A stretch of 64,000 nucleotides of DNA, taken from NCBI GenBank assembly GCA_029565685.1, contig JAKQNR010000010.1, positions 34,404 through 98,403 of the forward strand, read 5' to 3'. Below the pieces are notes generated by a model. That model was not told the DNA's origin. It worked only from the letters and a program-made list of their open reading frames with translations, and made no database searches. Positions 28,845-38,228 of this stretch are shown piece by piece. This DNA comes from a bacterium (lineage in GTDB: Bacteria; Zhuqueibacterota; Zhuqueibacteria; Residuimicrobiales; Residuimicrobiaceae). Made by a program: the position numbers and the translations under genes. The first letter of the stretch is position 1; each line of letters starts with the position of its first letter.

Positions 28845-28932
28845 GAAATCAGTCTCTTTCTATGCATCCAGCGGATGGTCTTGATCGGCCTGCCAAATCG
28901 GCTGCGCCGCGATAGCCAACATTCTCTCCATC

Positions 28933-30030
28933 TTAAAAAGGCAGGCTCATCTTCAGTCCCAGCTCTTCGTTCAGCTGCTTCATCATCTTTTGCAGCTCCG
29001 CGTTGAGCGGCACCCCGGTTCGCGGAATGGTCTGTTCCTTTAAATACTCTTTCTCTCCCGCTGTATAGATGCGCTCCTGACCCGGCAATTTGGCCGACGC
29101 CCTCATCTCGCGCACCAGGTCGCCGGTGATCTTTTTGAACGTTTGGACATCGACGAAATGGGAGATATCCATGGCCAAGAAAAAATGGCCTAGGCGATGC
29201 GGAATATTTTTGCCGTTCTCGTCCACTCCGGACACCCCCCAGCAAAAGGGGCCGGCGCTGAACGCTGCGGACAGGATCTCCACCATCATGGCCAATCCAT
29301 ACCCTTTATAGCCCGCGTGCGTTTCACCCAGGCCGCCCAAAGGCAACAACGAGGCGGCCTTTTGGCCGAACATCTTCAGCAACTGCGGAGCGTCGAGGAC
29401 GTCCTGGCCGCTCCGGTCCACCGCCAGGCCCGGCGGCACCGGTTTGGCTTCGCGGTCCAGCACTTCGATTTTTCCGCGCTGAACGATAGAAGTGGCCATA
29501 TCCAGAACAAAGGGACAAGCCTCGTCCGTGGGCACGGCAAAGGCGATGGGATTGGTGCCGAGCATGGGATCGCAGCCAAAAGTAGGCGCAATGGAGGGAC
29601 GCGCATTGGTGACAGCCAGGCCGGCCATGTCCTGCGCCGCCGCCATCAACGGATAGTATCCGGCGATGCCGAAATGGCTGCTGTTGGCGACCGACACAGC
29701 CGCCACACCGGTCTGTCTGGCTTTTTGCATGGCCAGGTTCATGGCGTGATATGAGATGACATGGCCCATGCCGTTGCGGCCGTCGATAAGCGCGGAGCCC
29801 GCTGATTCACGTACAATCTCCCAGCGCGTGACCGGCTCGATGATGCCGGTGCGAATACGATCGATGTACATCTTGAGCCGGCCGATGCCGTGCGACTCGA
29901 TGCCGCGCAGATCAGAACGGATAAGCACATCGACGATGATCGCCACATCCGATTCAGGCACCCCCACACTGCGAAAGCAGGCGGACATGAACTGCTTCAG
30001 AGATTCTACGGACATAGTTGTTTCACGCAT
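28933..30030 (-). CDS. Malate/L-lactate/L-sulfolactate dehydrogenase family (Ldh_2) oxidoreductase
   Basis: Ldh_2 motifs LRGIESHGIGRLKMYIDRIRTG and NSSHFGIAGYY. Confidence 0.85.
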   Translation of the reverse strand: MRETTMSVESLKQFMSACFRSVGVPESDVAIIVDVLIRSDLRGIESHGIGRLKMYIDRIRTGIIEPVTRWEIVRESAGSALIDGRNGMGHVISYHAMNLAMQKARQTGVAAVSVANSSHFGIAGYYPLMAAAQDMAGLAVTNARPSIAPTFGCDPMLGTNPIAFAVPTDEACPFVLDMATSIVQRGKIEVLDREAKPVPPGLAVDRSGQDVLDAPQLLKMFGQKAASLLPLGGLGETHAGYKGYGLAMMVEILSAAFSAGPFCWGVSGVDENGKNIPHRLGHFFLAMDISHFVDVQTFKKITGDLVREMRASAKLPGQERIYTAGEKEYLKEQTIPRTGVPLNAELQKMMKQLNEELGLKMSLPF

Positions 30031-30098
30031 AGGCTCTCGCTTTCGATAAGGTGAAAAGGCAGGTTGGTTGCCGCGGCAATGCCGTTGGTCGATATCGG

Positions 30099-30896
30099 TC
30101 AGCTTAATTTCTTGCGCAGATCATCCAGGGTCACCCCTTCGGCGGCGGCGGATTCGTGTTCCAGAATCTCGTTGACCTCTCCTTGGACTTCGTCGGCATA
30201 AGTATCCAGATTCGGATCATTCAGGGCGATCTCTTCATAATCATCGGCCAATTCGGCGATGAAATTTTCGCGGAACGGGGCTGTGATCTGAGCGCGATCC
30301 ACCAGCGCCAGGGTGCGATGGATGATTTCAAAATAGATGACGCGGCTGTTTCGCCACTGCCCGGTGTTGCGGTACAGCTTGGCGCGGGCGAAAAGGATCT
30401 GGCAGGCATCGATGATCTGTTGCGGCTTGATCTTGTGGGAGTGGGGAAAATCAAAAATATCCGCCACCTCTTCGCGAATGGCGGTCAGTTCGTCGACATC
30501 GGCCGGCTGGATGAAAAAAAGCGACAGCTCTGGAAACACTTCAATCAGGTTGATCAAAACATCCACCAGGTTGTTTTTATCCTGACTGCGGATCGCCTTG
30601 CGCAACTCCTGCTGGCTGATGAAGGTCTGTGGTTCGTTCAGCCAACACAACAACAGCGCCACCTGATGCTCGCACCGGCCGATGCCGGTCGGACAGGTGC
30701 AACGGCCGAAGAGCTTTTCGCCCTCCACGACCACTTCGACGCGATACTTGTCCTTGCCCTTGACAATGGCTTGCAGACCATAAGAGGACTGAAAGCGATG
30801 CCGAACCAGTCCGTTGTCATAAATCTGTTCCCCCACGTGGTAGAGGCCGGCGTCGGCGTAGGTTTTTACATCCAGTGGCGTGATTCTTGATGGCAT
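30099..30896 (-). CDS. SWIM zinc-finger protein with helical C-terminal region
   Basis: CxCx(n)CxH: GRCTCPTGIGRCEHQVALLL. Confidence 0.8.
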   Translation of the reverse strand: MPSRITPLDVKTYADAGLYHVGEQIYDNGLVRHRFQSSYGLQAIVKGKDKYRVEVVVEGEKLFGRCTCPTGIGRCEHQVALLLCWLNEPQTFISQQELRKAIRSQDKNNLVDVLINLIEVFPELSLFFIQPADVDELTAIREEVADIFDFPHSHKIKPQQIIDACQILFARAKLYRNTGQWRNSRVIYFEIIHRTLALVDRAQITAPFRENFIAELADDYEEIALNDPNLDTYADEVQGEVNEILEHESAAAEGVTLDDLRKKLS

Positions 30897-30942
30897 GACG
30901 AACGTCCTCCGCTATGCATTCGGCGGGCCCAAGAGGGACGAC

Positions 30943-31548
30943 TCACCCCTTTGAAGTGGAAACCCTCTTGATCTCGCGCATCTTTTGCAGGATCAGTTTG
31001 AGGGTTTCACGATCCAGGTTATCTCCGGTGGATTTTTGCGACAGCGGCGCAGTCGTTTCCTGAGCAACAAAAGTGACCGGCGCCACCCCCACTTCGATCT
31101 CTTCGAGATTCTTTTTCAACACCAGCACTAGGGCGCCGTCTTTTTCACGGACCTCCTTGATCTCCTCCCAGGTCAGATGCTCAAAACGTGCGGCCAATGG
31201 TTTGTCCACACTTCCCCACTTTTCCGCCAGCGGCGCGTAGCCGATCAGAGGCCGCACGGCGACGAACGCCTTTTCATAGATGCGATACTCGGATCCACTG
31301 ACCGCATAGATCAAATAGGAGTTGAGCATGCCGCCCACCAGAGTGATCAGGAAGGCCAGGCGACTGAGCGGTTTGGCCGCGTCGTCCAGACCCAGGGCCG
31401 CGCAGAGGATGCTGATGCAAATACCCATGATGAACGCGGCCAGCAGCCAGGAAAACGCTTTGCCGACCAAACGCCCGCTGTCCTTTTGGCGCCAGCGCAA
31501 CAGGACGCGTCCGAAATCAGGGCGATCGGATTTATGCCATTGTCTCAT
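30943..31548 (-). CDS. Hypothetical membrane protein (two TM helices plus soluble C-domain)
   Basis: Hydrophobic segments WLLAAFIMGICISILCAAL and LAFLITLVGGMLNSYLIY. Same strand as the SWIM gene, 46 nt upstream of it. Confidence 0.55.
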   Translation of the reverse strand: MRQWHKSDRPDFGRVLLRWRQKDSGRLVGKAFSWLLAAFIMGICISILCAALGLDDAAKPLSRLAFLITLVGGMLNSYLIYAVSGSEYRIYEKAFVAVRPLIGYAPLAEKWGSVDKPLAARFEHLTWEEIKEVREKDGALVLVLKKNLEEIEVGVAPVTFVAQETTAPLSQKSTGDNLDRETLKLILQKMREIKRVSTSKG

Positions 31549-31663
31549 CTACCGCCTGCTCCTTCGCAAGATAAAACCAGATTCTGGAACCCCGGCCGAT
31601 CGATCCGCGCGCGATTCCGTTTGCCAATATACAAAAATTGAGGGAAAAGTATCAAGTTAAATT

Positions 31664-32947
31664 CTATTCGACCTTCACCAGACGGAAATCCCCTGATCCC
31701 TGCCGGTCGGTAAAAATAAAGCGTTTGTTCAACCGGCGGTACTCCCAGATCTCCACCGCCGGCATGCCGGGTTCCGTGGCGTGTCTTTCGATCTCATCGG
31801 GCGTGCCGTTGCGCACCAGCACCCGGCCCCGATCGCTTTTCCAACCGATTTGCCCGAGGCCGGCCACGGTGAAGTTCTTTACGGCAAAATCGATGCGCCG
31901 GTAAAATTCTTCACGCAGCTCGTTGACCTCGGTGCCCGGCGTTGGATCCCGCTGTCGCCAGAACTCGGCCAACAGGCGCTGCTGTTCGCTGCCGGTTGCG
32001 GCGCGGATCTTGTCGAGATCATTGCCGCGGACGATCAGAGCAAGCTGCTCCAGCTCCAAATCCGCAGACTTTTCGTGAGTCTGCATCTGCACGCTGCTCC
32101 AGTGCACGAAAAAGGAGCGCTCGCCCTTCACCCGCACTGCTCCGGCGGTGGCCTGCACGCTCAGCAGGTACTCGCCGGGCTGCGTGATCAACTCGTTCAA
32201 CTGCAGACATTGGGCAGTCACTCCGCCGGGTACCGTATATCGGCGGCGTCCCGCCTTTTTCCCGTTGGCCGTTGAAAGAGAATACTCGACCGTAATGCTG
32301 TCGCGGCCGGCGCTATACAGCTCAAAATAGGCGCCCACCTGGGAGTGTTCATCCTTAAAGCTTTCGCGCAGGTTGGGAGTGAAACGTCGCAACCCCTCGC
32401 TGCAGTCCTGTTGATCGGTCATCACCAGATCGCTGATCTGCAGCGAGGGCCGGCTGTAATCAGTCAGTTTGAGCGCGATGGGCCGTCCCATGTTCACCTG
32501 CGTTTCAGCATCCAGCCACTGGATCTGGTAGGTATAGTCTTCCGGCGGCAGCGTAAAACACATGCGCTTCATGATCGGGCGCTGCCGGCTGTTGGTGGAG
32601 GCAAAGTCGTCGACCGCGACCGTGTCCTGAACGCTCGCAAACGCCGCCACCTCCTTCTTTTGGTTGTAGATGATGACGGAAAGCTCATAGTCAGCGCGAT
32701 ACCAGGTGTCCGACTTTTTCACAAAGGTCAACATGTCGTTGACCAGAGCGAAATGAAATTGTACCTGATTCAAGCGGCGGTCGGCGGAATCCGCAAAGCT
32801 GTAAATCCGATAAGAAAAAATATCATGTCCATACGGATTGCGCCCCGGTTCACCGCCGGGCCCACCCGGCAGGCGATTTCCCATCTGACCCCAGGCCAGG
32901 GCGCTCCACAGCAGGATCGGAAATAAACCATGCCTGTATCGTGTCAT
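31664..32947 (-). CDS. GWxTD domain-containing secreted protein
   Basis: Signal peptide MTRYRHGLFPILLWSALAWGQ. C-terminal GQIGWKSDRGRVLVRNGTPDEIE fits the GWxTD pattern. Its ATG overlaps the upstream stop (ATGA). Confidence 0.7.
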   Translation of the reverse strand: MTRYRHGLFPILLWSALAWGQMGNRLPGGPGGEPGRNPYGHDIFSYRIYSFADSADRRLNQVQFHFALVNDMLTFVKKSDTWYRADYELSVIIYNQKKEVAAFASVQDTVAVDDFASTNSRQRPIMKRMCFTLPPEDYTYQIQWLDAETQVNMGRPIALKLTDYSRPSLQISDLVMTDQQDCSEGLRRFTPNLRESFKDEHSQVGAYFELYSAGRDSITVEYSLSTANGKKAGRRRYTVPGGVTAQCLQLNELITQPGEYLLSVQATAGAVRVKGERSFFVHWSSVQMQTHEKSADLELEQLALIVRGNDLDKIRAATGSEQQRLLAEFWRQRDPTPGTEVNELREEFYRRIDFAVKNFTVAGLGQIGWKSDRGRVLVRNGTPDEIERHATEPGMPAVEIWEYRRLNKRFIFTDRQGSGDFRLVKVE

Positions 32948-34875
32948 AATCCTTCTTTTCCGTTAAATGCACATCGGTTTACCGCGGCGTAAGAGCCAGG
33001 CTGACGAAGCACGGACAGCACCTCCAGGGCGATTTCATATTTATCCTTGGTGAATGGGGGCATGAGATAAAGACCCTGGATCGGCGTCCGTTCACGCAAC
33101 GCGTGAATCGATCGCTGAGCGATGTCGATGCCGATGGCGCGGCTCTCCTCGGCGTTTGCGGCTGCGGCCATTCGGCGGACCACGTCCTCCGGCACGGTCA
33201 CGCCGGGCACTTCGTTATTGAGAAATTCAATCGTGCGTAAATTCATCAACGGCATCACGCCGGCCAGGACGGGAAGGCGAAGGTCCGGAATCCGCTGAAA
33301 GAACCTCTCCATTTGAGCGATGTCGAACACCGGCTGGGTGAGCACGTATTCTGCGCCGGCTTCCGCCTTCTGGTACAGGCGTCTGATCTCCCAATCCAGA
33401 TCCAAGGCCCCGGGATTGGCGCCGACGCCGATGTGCCAGCCGGTGGCCTGACCGATGGCATTGCCGGCCAGATCATAGCCCTGGTTCAAAGAACTGACCA
33501 TGCGGGTCAGGCCGATCGAATCCACATCAAACACTGCAGTGGCATCCGGATAATCGCCCAGCTTGGGAGGATCGCCGGTGATTAGCAGAATGTTGCGCAG
33601 CCCGAGGGCATAATGGCCCAGCAGATCCGACTGCATGCCCAGCAGATTGCGGTCCCGACAGCCATAGTGCAGAATGGTCTCCACCGGCAACGAGCGTTCG
33701 ATGATCTGCGCCAAAGCACTGGGCGACATACGCGAGGAAGCACGCGGCCCATCCGGAATGTTGATCGCATCCACGCCAAAGCCCACCAGTTTGCGGACGC
33801 CGTTGAGCACCGGAACGACATCGACCCCACGCGGCGCCAACACCTCAACAGAGAGGACGAACTTTTTGCCCAGTCGTGCAGCCAATGCGGATTTTTCTTC
33901 ACGAGGCACGGTTTCAACCTGTACCGGATTCCTGCCGGCCTGGACGGCTGTTGTCTTGATTCGTCTTGGACGAACCGCAGTTACCGCGTTGGCGATGGCT
34001 TTGATGTGTTCCGGCGTGGTGCCGCAGCAGCCGCCGACGATCTGAACACCGGCGGCGATGAACCGGCGGGCGAACTCGGCGTGATATTCCGGCGTCGACA
34101 GATAGATCAGCCGGCCGTCCACCATCCGCGGATTGCCGGCATTGGGTTGTGCGGAAAGGAACCGACCGCCGCTGTGCGCCAGCCGCTCCACGACCTCCAA
34201 CATCATCTGTGGGCCGACCGAGCAATTGGCGCCGATGACATTCGCGCCCGCGGCGATCAACTCCGGCGCCACCGCCTCTGGAGAGAGGCCGTATTTCGTC
34301 ACCCCTTCGGCCTCAAAGGACATCTGCGCCACCAGGGCGATATTCGAAAGTTCCCGCAGGCACTGCAGGGCCAGCGTCAGTTCGTTGAGGTCGTAAAAAG
34401 TTTCTAAAATGAAAAGGTCAACGCCCTCCTGCAGCAGGGCCATCGCCTGCTGGCGAAATACAGCGCGCGCTTCCTCCTCAGTCACAACCCCCAGCGGCGC
34501 CAGCGGCACGCCCAGCGGGCCGATGGACCCGGCCACCAGCCGCTCCGGCCCGGCGGCTTGGCGTGCCAGACGAACGCCCGCTTGATTGATGCGCTCGACC
34601 TCCGCTTCCAAACCATGCGCTTTCAACTTGTACCGGTTGGCGCCAAAGGTGTTGGTCTCAATAATGTCGGCCTGAGCAGCGGCGTACTGACGATGAATGT
34701 CCAAAACCAGATCCGGCGCAGAGAGATTCAGCTCGTCATAACAGCGGTTGATGAAAATGCCACGTTGATAGAGGAGCGTTCCCATGGCGCCGTCGCAGAC
34801 CAGAACGGAACGCTCGAGCCGGCGCAGCAGTTCATCGGCCGTCCTGATAGATTTCGGCTTTTCCGCTTCCGCCAT
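32944..34875 (-). CDS. Bifunctional homocysteine S-methyltransferase-domain / 5,10-methylenetetrahydrofolate reductase fusion
   Basis: N-terminal Hcy-binding domain (LVCDGAMGTLLYQRGI, GGCCGTTPEHI) and a C-terminal MTHFR domain. ATG 34875 lies 2 nt after the upstream stop. Confidence 0.85.
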   Translation of the reverse strand: MAEAEKPKSIRTADELLRRLERSVLVCDGAMGTLLYQRGIFINRCYDELNLSAPDLVLDIHRQYAAAQADIIETNTFGANRYKLKAHGLEAEVERINQAGVRLARQAAGPERLVAGSIGPLGVPLAPLGVVTEEEARAVFRQQAMALLQEGVDLFILETFYDLNELTLALQCLRELSNIALVAQMSFEAEGVTKYGLSPEAVAPELIAAGANVIGANCSVGPQMMLEVVERLAHSGGRFLSAQPNAGNPRMVDGRLIYLSTPEYHAEFARRFIAAGVQIVGGCCGTTPEHIKAIANAVTAVRPRRIKTTAVQAGRNPVQVETVPREEKSALAARLGKKFVLSVEVLAPRGVDVVPVLNGVRKLVGFGVDAINIPDGPRASSRMSPSALAQIIERSLPVETILHYGCRDRNLLGMQSDLLGHYALGLRNILLITGDPPKLGDYPDATAVFDVDSIGLTRMVSSLNQGYDLAGNAIGQATGWHIGVGANPGALDLDWEIRRLYQKAEAGAEYVLTQPVFDIAQMERFFQRIPDLRLPVLAGVMPLMNLRTIEFLNNEVPGVTVPEDVVRRMAAAANAEESRAIGIDIAQRSIHALRERTPIQGLYLMPPFTKDKYEIALEVLSVLRQPGSYAAVNRCAFNGKEGL

Positions 34876-34877
34876 TC

Positions 34878-37800
34878 TCAATAATCCGCGCCCAAAGACC
34901 AAAGCACCTGCGGCGAGGAAGCGGAACGATGGAAATTGGTGGGCCAGGCTAGGTCCATGCGAAGGACGAGAAAGCCCAGATTCATACGCACGCCGAATCC
35001 ATAGCTCATGAAAAGATTCTCGGTATAAAGCCGGTCCGGATCCAAGCGCAGAATCTCTTTTGTACTTTTGGTGTTTTTATCCCAGGCCACGCCGATATCG
35101 GAGAACAAAGCGCCGCCGATATTGGACAAACCGATCGGCAGCGGAAATCCGAGCAAAACCTGACGGATCAACGGGAATCGGAACTCCAGGTTGCTCATAA
35201 AGAAACGGTTGCCCTCCAGGGTGTAATAATCCGCTCCACGCATAGGCATTTCAAAGGAGGCAAAGTAGATGTCTTCGACTTTTTCCACGCGGATGTCGCC
35301 GTAGAAATAATTGTTCAGCCAATTGGACACGCCGCCGAGGAAAAATTTTTGTTTGTTCTTCCCCTCGCTCAACCCGCCGGTGAAGCGCAGGGCAAATGAA
35401 TAGTCGCGCACCAGCCGAAAATACTTTCTCCAATCGCCGCGAAAGGTTGCAAAGTCAATGCCGTTTTTGCCCAGCCCTGGACTATATGTCACGCCAAAGC
35501 TCATGCCGCTGCCGTTGGTGGGCCCGGTGTATCCCCACACCGTGGTGTCCTTGGTATAGCTCAGGCTGTTCAGGAGAAAATAGCGGTTGCGCGGCGACAG
35601 AAAGCCTTCGGACACCGCCATATCGACGATATCATCGGAGAGGTCCATATAGCTGCGGCTGATGCCCATGGCGCCGATGCCGAAATCGATGCGTTCAAAT
35701 TTGTTCAGGGGATTGCTCAACAAGCCGCTGATGCCGAAATTGCGATCGCGCACCCAGCCGAAATAGTCGGAATAGAAGAAATACGCGTTATGATAAAAGC
35801 CCGCGCCGATGTCGAGCCGGTTGGGCAGGTAAAAGTAGGTCAGCCCATAGTCGGCATTGCGGAAATCGCCGTACAATCCCACGGCGATGTTGAGGCGATG
35901 ATCGCCCATCACATCAGAAAGCATGATGTTGGTCATCCCCTGGGTGCCAAAGAACTGGCTGTAGCCGACCGATCCATAGACCAGGTCCGGCGTCAGTTTG
36001 ACTTTATATTTGTTGATTTTAAACTCACCGGTGGGCAGCGCGTAGTCGCTGGAATCCAAAGCGATCTTTTTCATCTCAGGCTGTGAAGAGAGGCGGCCTT
36101 TGGCAAAGCCCTCATCAAAGACGAAATGGCGGTAAGCCTCGTTTTCCTCCTCGGGTTTTTGCGCATCGGTTTTTACCGGCTCTGTCTCACCCTCCTCAGC
36201 CAGCAGCTCCGCCTCCAAGGCCGGGTTTTTGCCCTCGCGCAGGCTCTTGACAAAGTTGGTCTCCGGCACCACCACCTCCCCGGGTTGAATGCCGAGAGGG
36301 TTTTTCAGCATAAAAAGATCATATCCGGCATAATAGAACGAGCTGAAGGCCAGACGGTCGGTGCCGCCCCAGGAAGGCTGGAACGCACCGGTCAGCACAT
36401 TGGTGATGGGATACTCCTGGCCGTCCTCCAAGTTTTTCAGATACAAGTTGGTGATGCCGGAACGGTCGCTGGAAAAAACCAGGTGTTTGCCGTCCGGCGA
36501 AAAGACCGGAGTACGTTCGATAAAATCTGACTGAATTAGCCGAGTGATCTCAGAGCCGTCGGCGGTTATCTCAAAGATATCGTAATTTTTCATATCCAGC
36601 TGGCGCGGAGAGAAATGGTCCGGCACTTCCTTGGGAAAATCACCGCGGTCGCTGACAAAAACCAGCTTGCTTCCGTCCGGCGACCATGAGGGCTCTGCAT
36701 CGCTGAACACATCGTCGGTGATCTTGCGCAGCTTTTTATTCTTGAGGTGATAGGCGTAGATGTCGCTTCGGCCGCTCTTCAATCCCATGAAAGCGATCTC
36801 CTGCCCATCAGGGCTCCAGGACGGATTGTACACGCCGTCCAGCCCGAGCTGTACGCTTTCTTCGATCTTGCCGGATTTGACGTTGACGATGTAGATGGCG
36901 TCTTCAGCGCCCGCTTTGGCGGTGAACACGATCCGTCTGTCATCCGGGCTCCAGCTCATGCCCGGCCCATGAACCCACTGCAGCTCTTCCAGATTGCCGG
37001 CGCGCTGTCCGCGCACCAGGCTCTTCAACACCCGGCCGTCGATGGCGCTCATCAAATAGATGTCGAAAAAATCGCTCTTGTCGCTCTTGAACGCCAACTT
37101 GTCGCCGCGATGGTTGATCGTGGGATTGATGTTGATGAAACTGCCGTCCTTGCGGTGATCGGTGAGCCGTTTGGCGATCTCCTCCGGTTCCTTGCGGTTT
37201 TCAATGTCCGGCCAATACTTGCGTTTGATGTAGCGGTGCCACCGTTTGGTCAGCTCTTCCTCGTCCACGCCTATGGAATTCTTCAACCCCTTTTGAAAGC
37301 TCTTGGCGATTTTGACCTTGCCGATAAGTTCGCCGACCTTTTCCTCGCCGTACCGCTCCGCTATATAGTTCCATACAGACTGCCCGCCCTTGTAGGCCAT
37401 GAAACCATAAAGATAGGGAATGGACGGCACATAACTGTTCAAAGTGGCGTCCCGCATGTACATGTCGCTTTCGATGTCCCAGCCCCGGCTCTCATATTCG
37501 GCCAGTCCCTCCACAAACCACAAGGGCAATTGCAGCTGCGTCAGGCCGGTGATGATGGACTGCACGCCGGCGCCATAGATCATCTGCAACATGACCGCAT
37601 GGGTCAACTCATGATGGATCACGTGCCGGAACTTTTCCCATTCCCCTTCATAGGGCAAGACCACTCTGTTTTTGAAAAATTCGGTAAAGCCGCCCACCGA
37701 CTCTTCAGGGGGGGACAGATCCACATTGGTTTGTTGAAAATCATTGTGGCTGTTATGCACGATCACCTTCAGGCGTTCCTGCAACTCGTAACGAAAAGAG

Positions 37801-38021
37801 CGGCGCAACGACTGGTAGCACTCCTCCGCCACCTGACCGACAAAAGTCGCCACGGAATTTCCACCTTCAGTGAAATAGATGTCAAAATGCTCGGTCTGCA
37901 GATACAACCAGTTGAACTTGCTGTATTGCACCTTGTTTTTGCCGAAATACTGGGCTAAGGTTGCATCCGGCATGCTCAAGCACAGAACAGATACCATCAG
38001 CATCGCCAGCAATTTTTTCAT
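34878..38021 (-). CDS. Outer-membrane fusion protein: HExxH peptidase-like N-domain + PD40/TolB-like beta-propeller repeats + Omp85 (surface antigen D15) barrel
   Basis: Signal peptide MKKLLAMLMVSVLCLSMPDATLAQ; HELTHAV motif. Repeated SWSPDG-type PD40 blades (MSWSPDDRRIVF, PSWSPDGQEIAF, PSWSPDGSKLVF, VFSPDGKHLVF). C-terminal ~400 aa is barrel-like. Confidence 0.85.
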   Translation of the reverse strand: MKKLLAMLMVSVLCLSMPDATLAQYFGKNKVQYSKFNWLYLQTEHFDIYFTEGGNSVATFVGQVAEECYQSLRRSFRYELQERLKVIVHNSHNDFQQTNVDLSPPEESVGGFTEFFKNRVVLPYEGEWEKFRHVIHHELTHAVMLQMIYGAGVQSIITGLTQLQLPLWFVEGLAEYESRGWDIESDMYMRDATLNSYVPSIPYLYGFMAYKGGQSVWNYIAERYGEEKVGELIGKVKIAKSFQKGLKNSIGVDEEELTKRWHRYIKRKYWPDIENRKEPEEIAKRLTDHRKDGSFININPTINHRGDKLAFKSDKSDFFDIYLMSAIDGRVLKSLVRGQRAGNLEELQWVHGPGMSWSPDDRRIVFTAKAGAEDAIYIVNVKSGKIEESVQLGLDGVYNPSWSPDGQEIAFMGLKSGRSDIYAYHLKNKKLRKITDDVFSDAEPSWSPDGSKLVFVSDRGDFPKEVPDHFSPRQLDMKNYDIFEITADGSEITRLIQSDFIERTPVFSPDGKHLVFSSDRSGITNLYLKNLEDGQEYPITNVLTGAFQPSWGGTDRLAFSSFYYAGYDLFMLKNPLGIQPGEVVVPETNFVKSLREGKNPALEAELLAEEGETEPVKTDAQKPEEENEAYRHFVFDEGFAKGRLSSQPEMKKIALDSSDYALPTGEFKINKYKVKLTPDLVYGSVGYSQFFGTQGMTNIMLSDVMGDHRLNIAVGLYGDFRNADYGLTYFYLPNRLDIGAGFYHNAYFFYSDYFGWVRDRNFGISGLLSNPLNKFERIDFGIGAMGISRSYMDLSDDIVDMAVSEGFLSPRNRYFLLNSLSYTKDTTVWGYTGPTNGSGMSFGVTYSPGLGKNGIDFATFRGDWRKYFRLVRDYSFALRFTGGLSEGKNKQKFFLGGVSNWLNNYFYGDIRVEKVEDIYFASFEMPMRGADYYTLEGNRFFMSNLEFRFPLIRQVLLGFPLPIGLSNIGGALFSDIGVAWDKNTKSTKEILRLDPDRLYTENLFMSYGFGVRMNLGFLVLRMDLAWPTNFHRSASSPQVLWSLGADY

Positions 38022-38228
38022 AGGATACTCCTAAAAAGCCGCTCCATTAGGCGGATTCACGGATGAAATGCAATAAAAAAGGTTGAATTTAATGCCATAA
38101 TTTATTAATTCTTCCGACACCGCGACCTATGGTAAGGAACAAAACCCAAACGGCCGCTATTCCATACGCTGGTTCATCATTAAAACGAGCAAAGATCACT
38201 CAAGTTCCGGGGGCAAGGGAGAAAAGAC

